From NCBI GenBank assembly GCA_964373715.1, contig CAYJVR010000003.1, positions 47,050 to 111,049 on the forward strand: 64,000 bases of DNA. The letters are read 5' to 3'. The position numbers were made by a program, and so were the translations under genes. Source of the DNA: an uncultured Planctomycetia bacterium. Its GTDB lineage: Bacteria > Omnitrophota > Gorgyraeia > 1-14-0-20-64-10. Below the pieces are notes generated by a model. It ran no database searches. It saw only the letters and a list, made by a program, of their open reading frames with translations, and was not told the DNA's origin. Of the stretch, positions 62,867 to 64,000 are shown piece by piece; within the stretch, counting starts at the first letter, position 1; each line of letters opens with the position of its first letter.

Positions 62867-64000
62867 GTGAAAGCACAGCTCTTCCGTTCGTTGATGCAGG
62901 GGGGAAACCCCATCGTTTTAGCCGGCGCGCACGACGCGATCAGCGCCAAACTCGTGGAAAAAACAGGCTTCGACGCCGTCTGGGTGTCGAGCTTCGGACT
63001 TTCGGCCGCGCAGAAATCGATGCCGGACATGAACGTCCTGACAATGACCGAGGTCCTTGATGTCGCCAAGAACATCAACACGGCGATTAAAATCCCGGTC
63101 ATCGCCGACTGCGATAACGGGTACGGAAACGCGATCAACGTCATGAGGACAGCAGAAGAATTTTCCTCCGCTGGAATCGCCGGAATGTCCATCGAAGACG
63201 CAACGTTCCCGAAGCGTTGTTCCCTTTACCCGGGACGGCACGACCTGGTCGACATGGATGAATTCGCCGGCAGGATCCGGGCCGCCAAGAAAGCTGCCGT
63301 CTCCCCCGACTTTGTCGTGATCGCACGAACCGAAGCGCTCATCAACGGCCTTGGTCTGGAGGAGGCCATGAAGAGGGCCTCGGCTTACACCGCCGCCGGC
63401 GCAGACGCCATACTGATCCACTCGAAATCAAAATCTTCCCAGGAGGTCCTGGCTTTCGCGAAGCAGTGGGACGGCAAGGTCCCGCTGGTCGTAGTACCCA
63501 CGATGTTTCCCTCTGCAAGCGTGGAGGAGCTGGCGCAGGCCGGCTTCAAGATCATCATCTTCGCGAACCACGCGCTGAGGGCCGCGGTGGCCGCGATGAG
63601 CGCCCAGCTCAAGATATTGAAGAAGGAAGGCCGGGCGGAGGTGCTGGACGGCAACATCGCCACCCTCCAGGAGGTGTACGACCTGGTAGGCGTTCCGGAG
63701 TTCCAGGCGATTGAGACCGAATTCATCCCGGCGGAGCAGGAACCGGCCACCGCCGTCATCCTGGCGGCCGGGTTCGAGGAAGAGCTGCTTCCCCTCAACG
63801 AGGACCGGCCCAAGGCAATGATCGAGATCAAGGGCCGCTCAATCTTGGAAAGACAGCAAAATCTCCTCCGGTCGGCGGGTATCAACAACATCGTCGTTGC
63901 GGCCGGTTACAAAGCCGAGGCGGTCAATATCCCGAACGTTCAGGTCTTCCAGAACCCCAACTACCAGACAACCGGCATCGCCGCTTCCCTCTTCGCCGCG
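62867..64000 (+). CDS. PEP mutase/isocitrate lyase-superfamily enzyme (PepM-like) fused to a C-terminal sugar-phosphate nucleotidyltransferase domain. Partial: runs off the 3' edge.
   Basis: GTG start with a GGGGGA SD. The PepM-like core is LAGAHDAISAKL...VIADCDNGYGN...ARTEALINGLGLEEAMKRASAYTAAGADAILIHSK...VVVPT. At the PepM signature position it reads EDATFPKRCS instead of EDKxxxxxNS. The C-terminus VILAAGFEEELLPLNEDRPKAMIEIKG...IVVAAGYK is NTP_transferase-like. It has no stop in the window, so it is absent from the ORF track. Confidence 0.75.
   Translation, partial: MKAQLFRSLMQGGNPIVLAGAHDAISAKLVEKTGFDAVWVSSFGLSAAQKSMPDMNVLTMTEVLDVAKNINTAIKIPVIADCDNGYGNAINVMRTAEEFSSAGIAGMSIEDATFPKRCSLYPGRHDLVDMDEFAGRIRAAKKAAVSPDFVVIARTEALINGLGLEEAMKRASAYTAAGADAILIHSKSKSSQEVLAFAKQWDGKVPLVVVPTMFPSASVEELAQAGFKIIIFANHALRAAVAAMSAQLKILKKEGRAEVLDGNIATLQEVYDLVGVPEFQAIETEFIPAEQEPATAVILAAGFEEELLPLNEDRPKAMIEIKGRSILERQQNLLRSAGINNIVVAAGYKAEAVNIPNVQVFQNPNYQTTGIAASLFAA

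Overview
This is a high-GC, gene-dense bacterial chromosomal segment of about 70 genes, mostly core metabolism in tightly coupled operons, with no rRNA, tRNA, CRISPR array or classical IS element. The core operons are: (1) a long minus-strand array of SDR, trxB, TPR, an inositol monophosphatase, MutT-like Nudix, a FolM-like reductase, DUF2203, mqnD and a SirB1-like gene; (2) queC co-transcribed with sdhCDAB, with queD divergent and a FolB–MBL–split-transketolase unit; (3) respiratory complex I split into two convergent operons, nuoJKLMN (+, with a SAM methyltransferase coupled to nuoN) and nuoABCD-EF-GHI (-, with nuoE and nuoF fused); (4) thyA–folA, leuCD, and an Rrf2-regulated sufCBD–Rieske–sufA–sufS–sufU/T operon followed by moeZ, a pterin dehydratase and a small GNAT; (5) lexA, nth, ygfZ, ispH, cca, plsC, cstA, def and others. 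The accessory or unusual content is: a low-GC DUF4258/DUF2283 toxin–antitoxin-like pair; a 1244-aa secreted protein with a tandem ~200-aa novel repeat plus two GNAT-like domains; a [2Fe-2S] ferredoxin–HAD phosphatase fusion; a degenerate ECF-sigma-like protein; a PEP-mutase-fold/nucleotidyltransferase fusion running off the 3' edge that has an ICL-type catalytic Cys instead of the PepM EDKxxxxxNS signature; three families of short dispersed repeats (one ~48 bp at nuo gene starts, one GC-rich palindrome that even sits in-frame inside genes, one 27-mer); and a ~380-bp structured intergenic region that may encode an ncRNA. Several long antisense ORFs in the six-frame track are GC artefacts.
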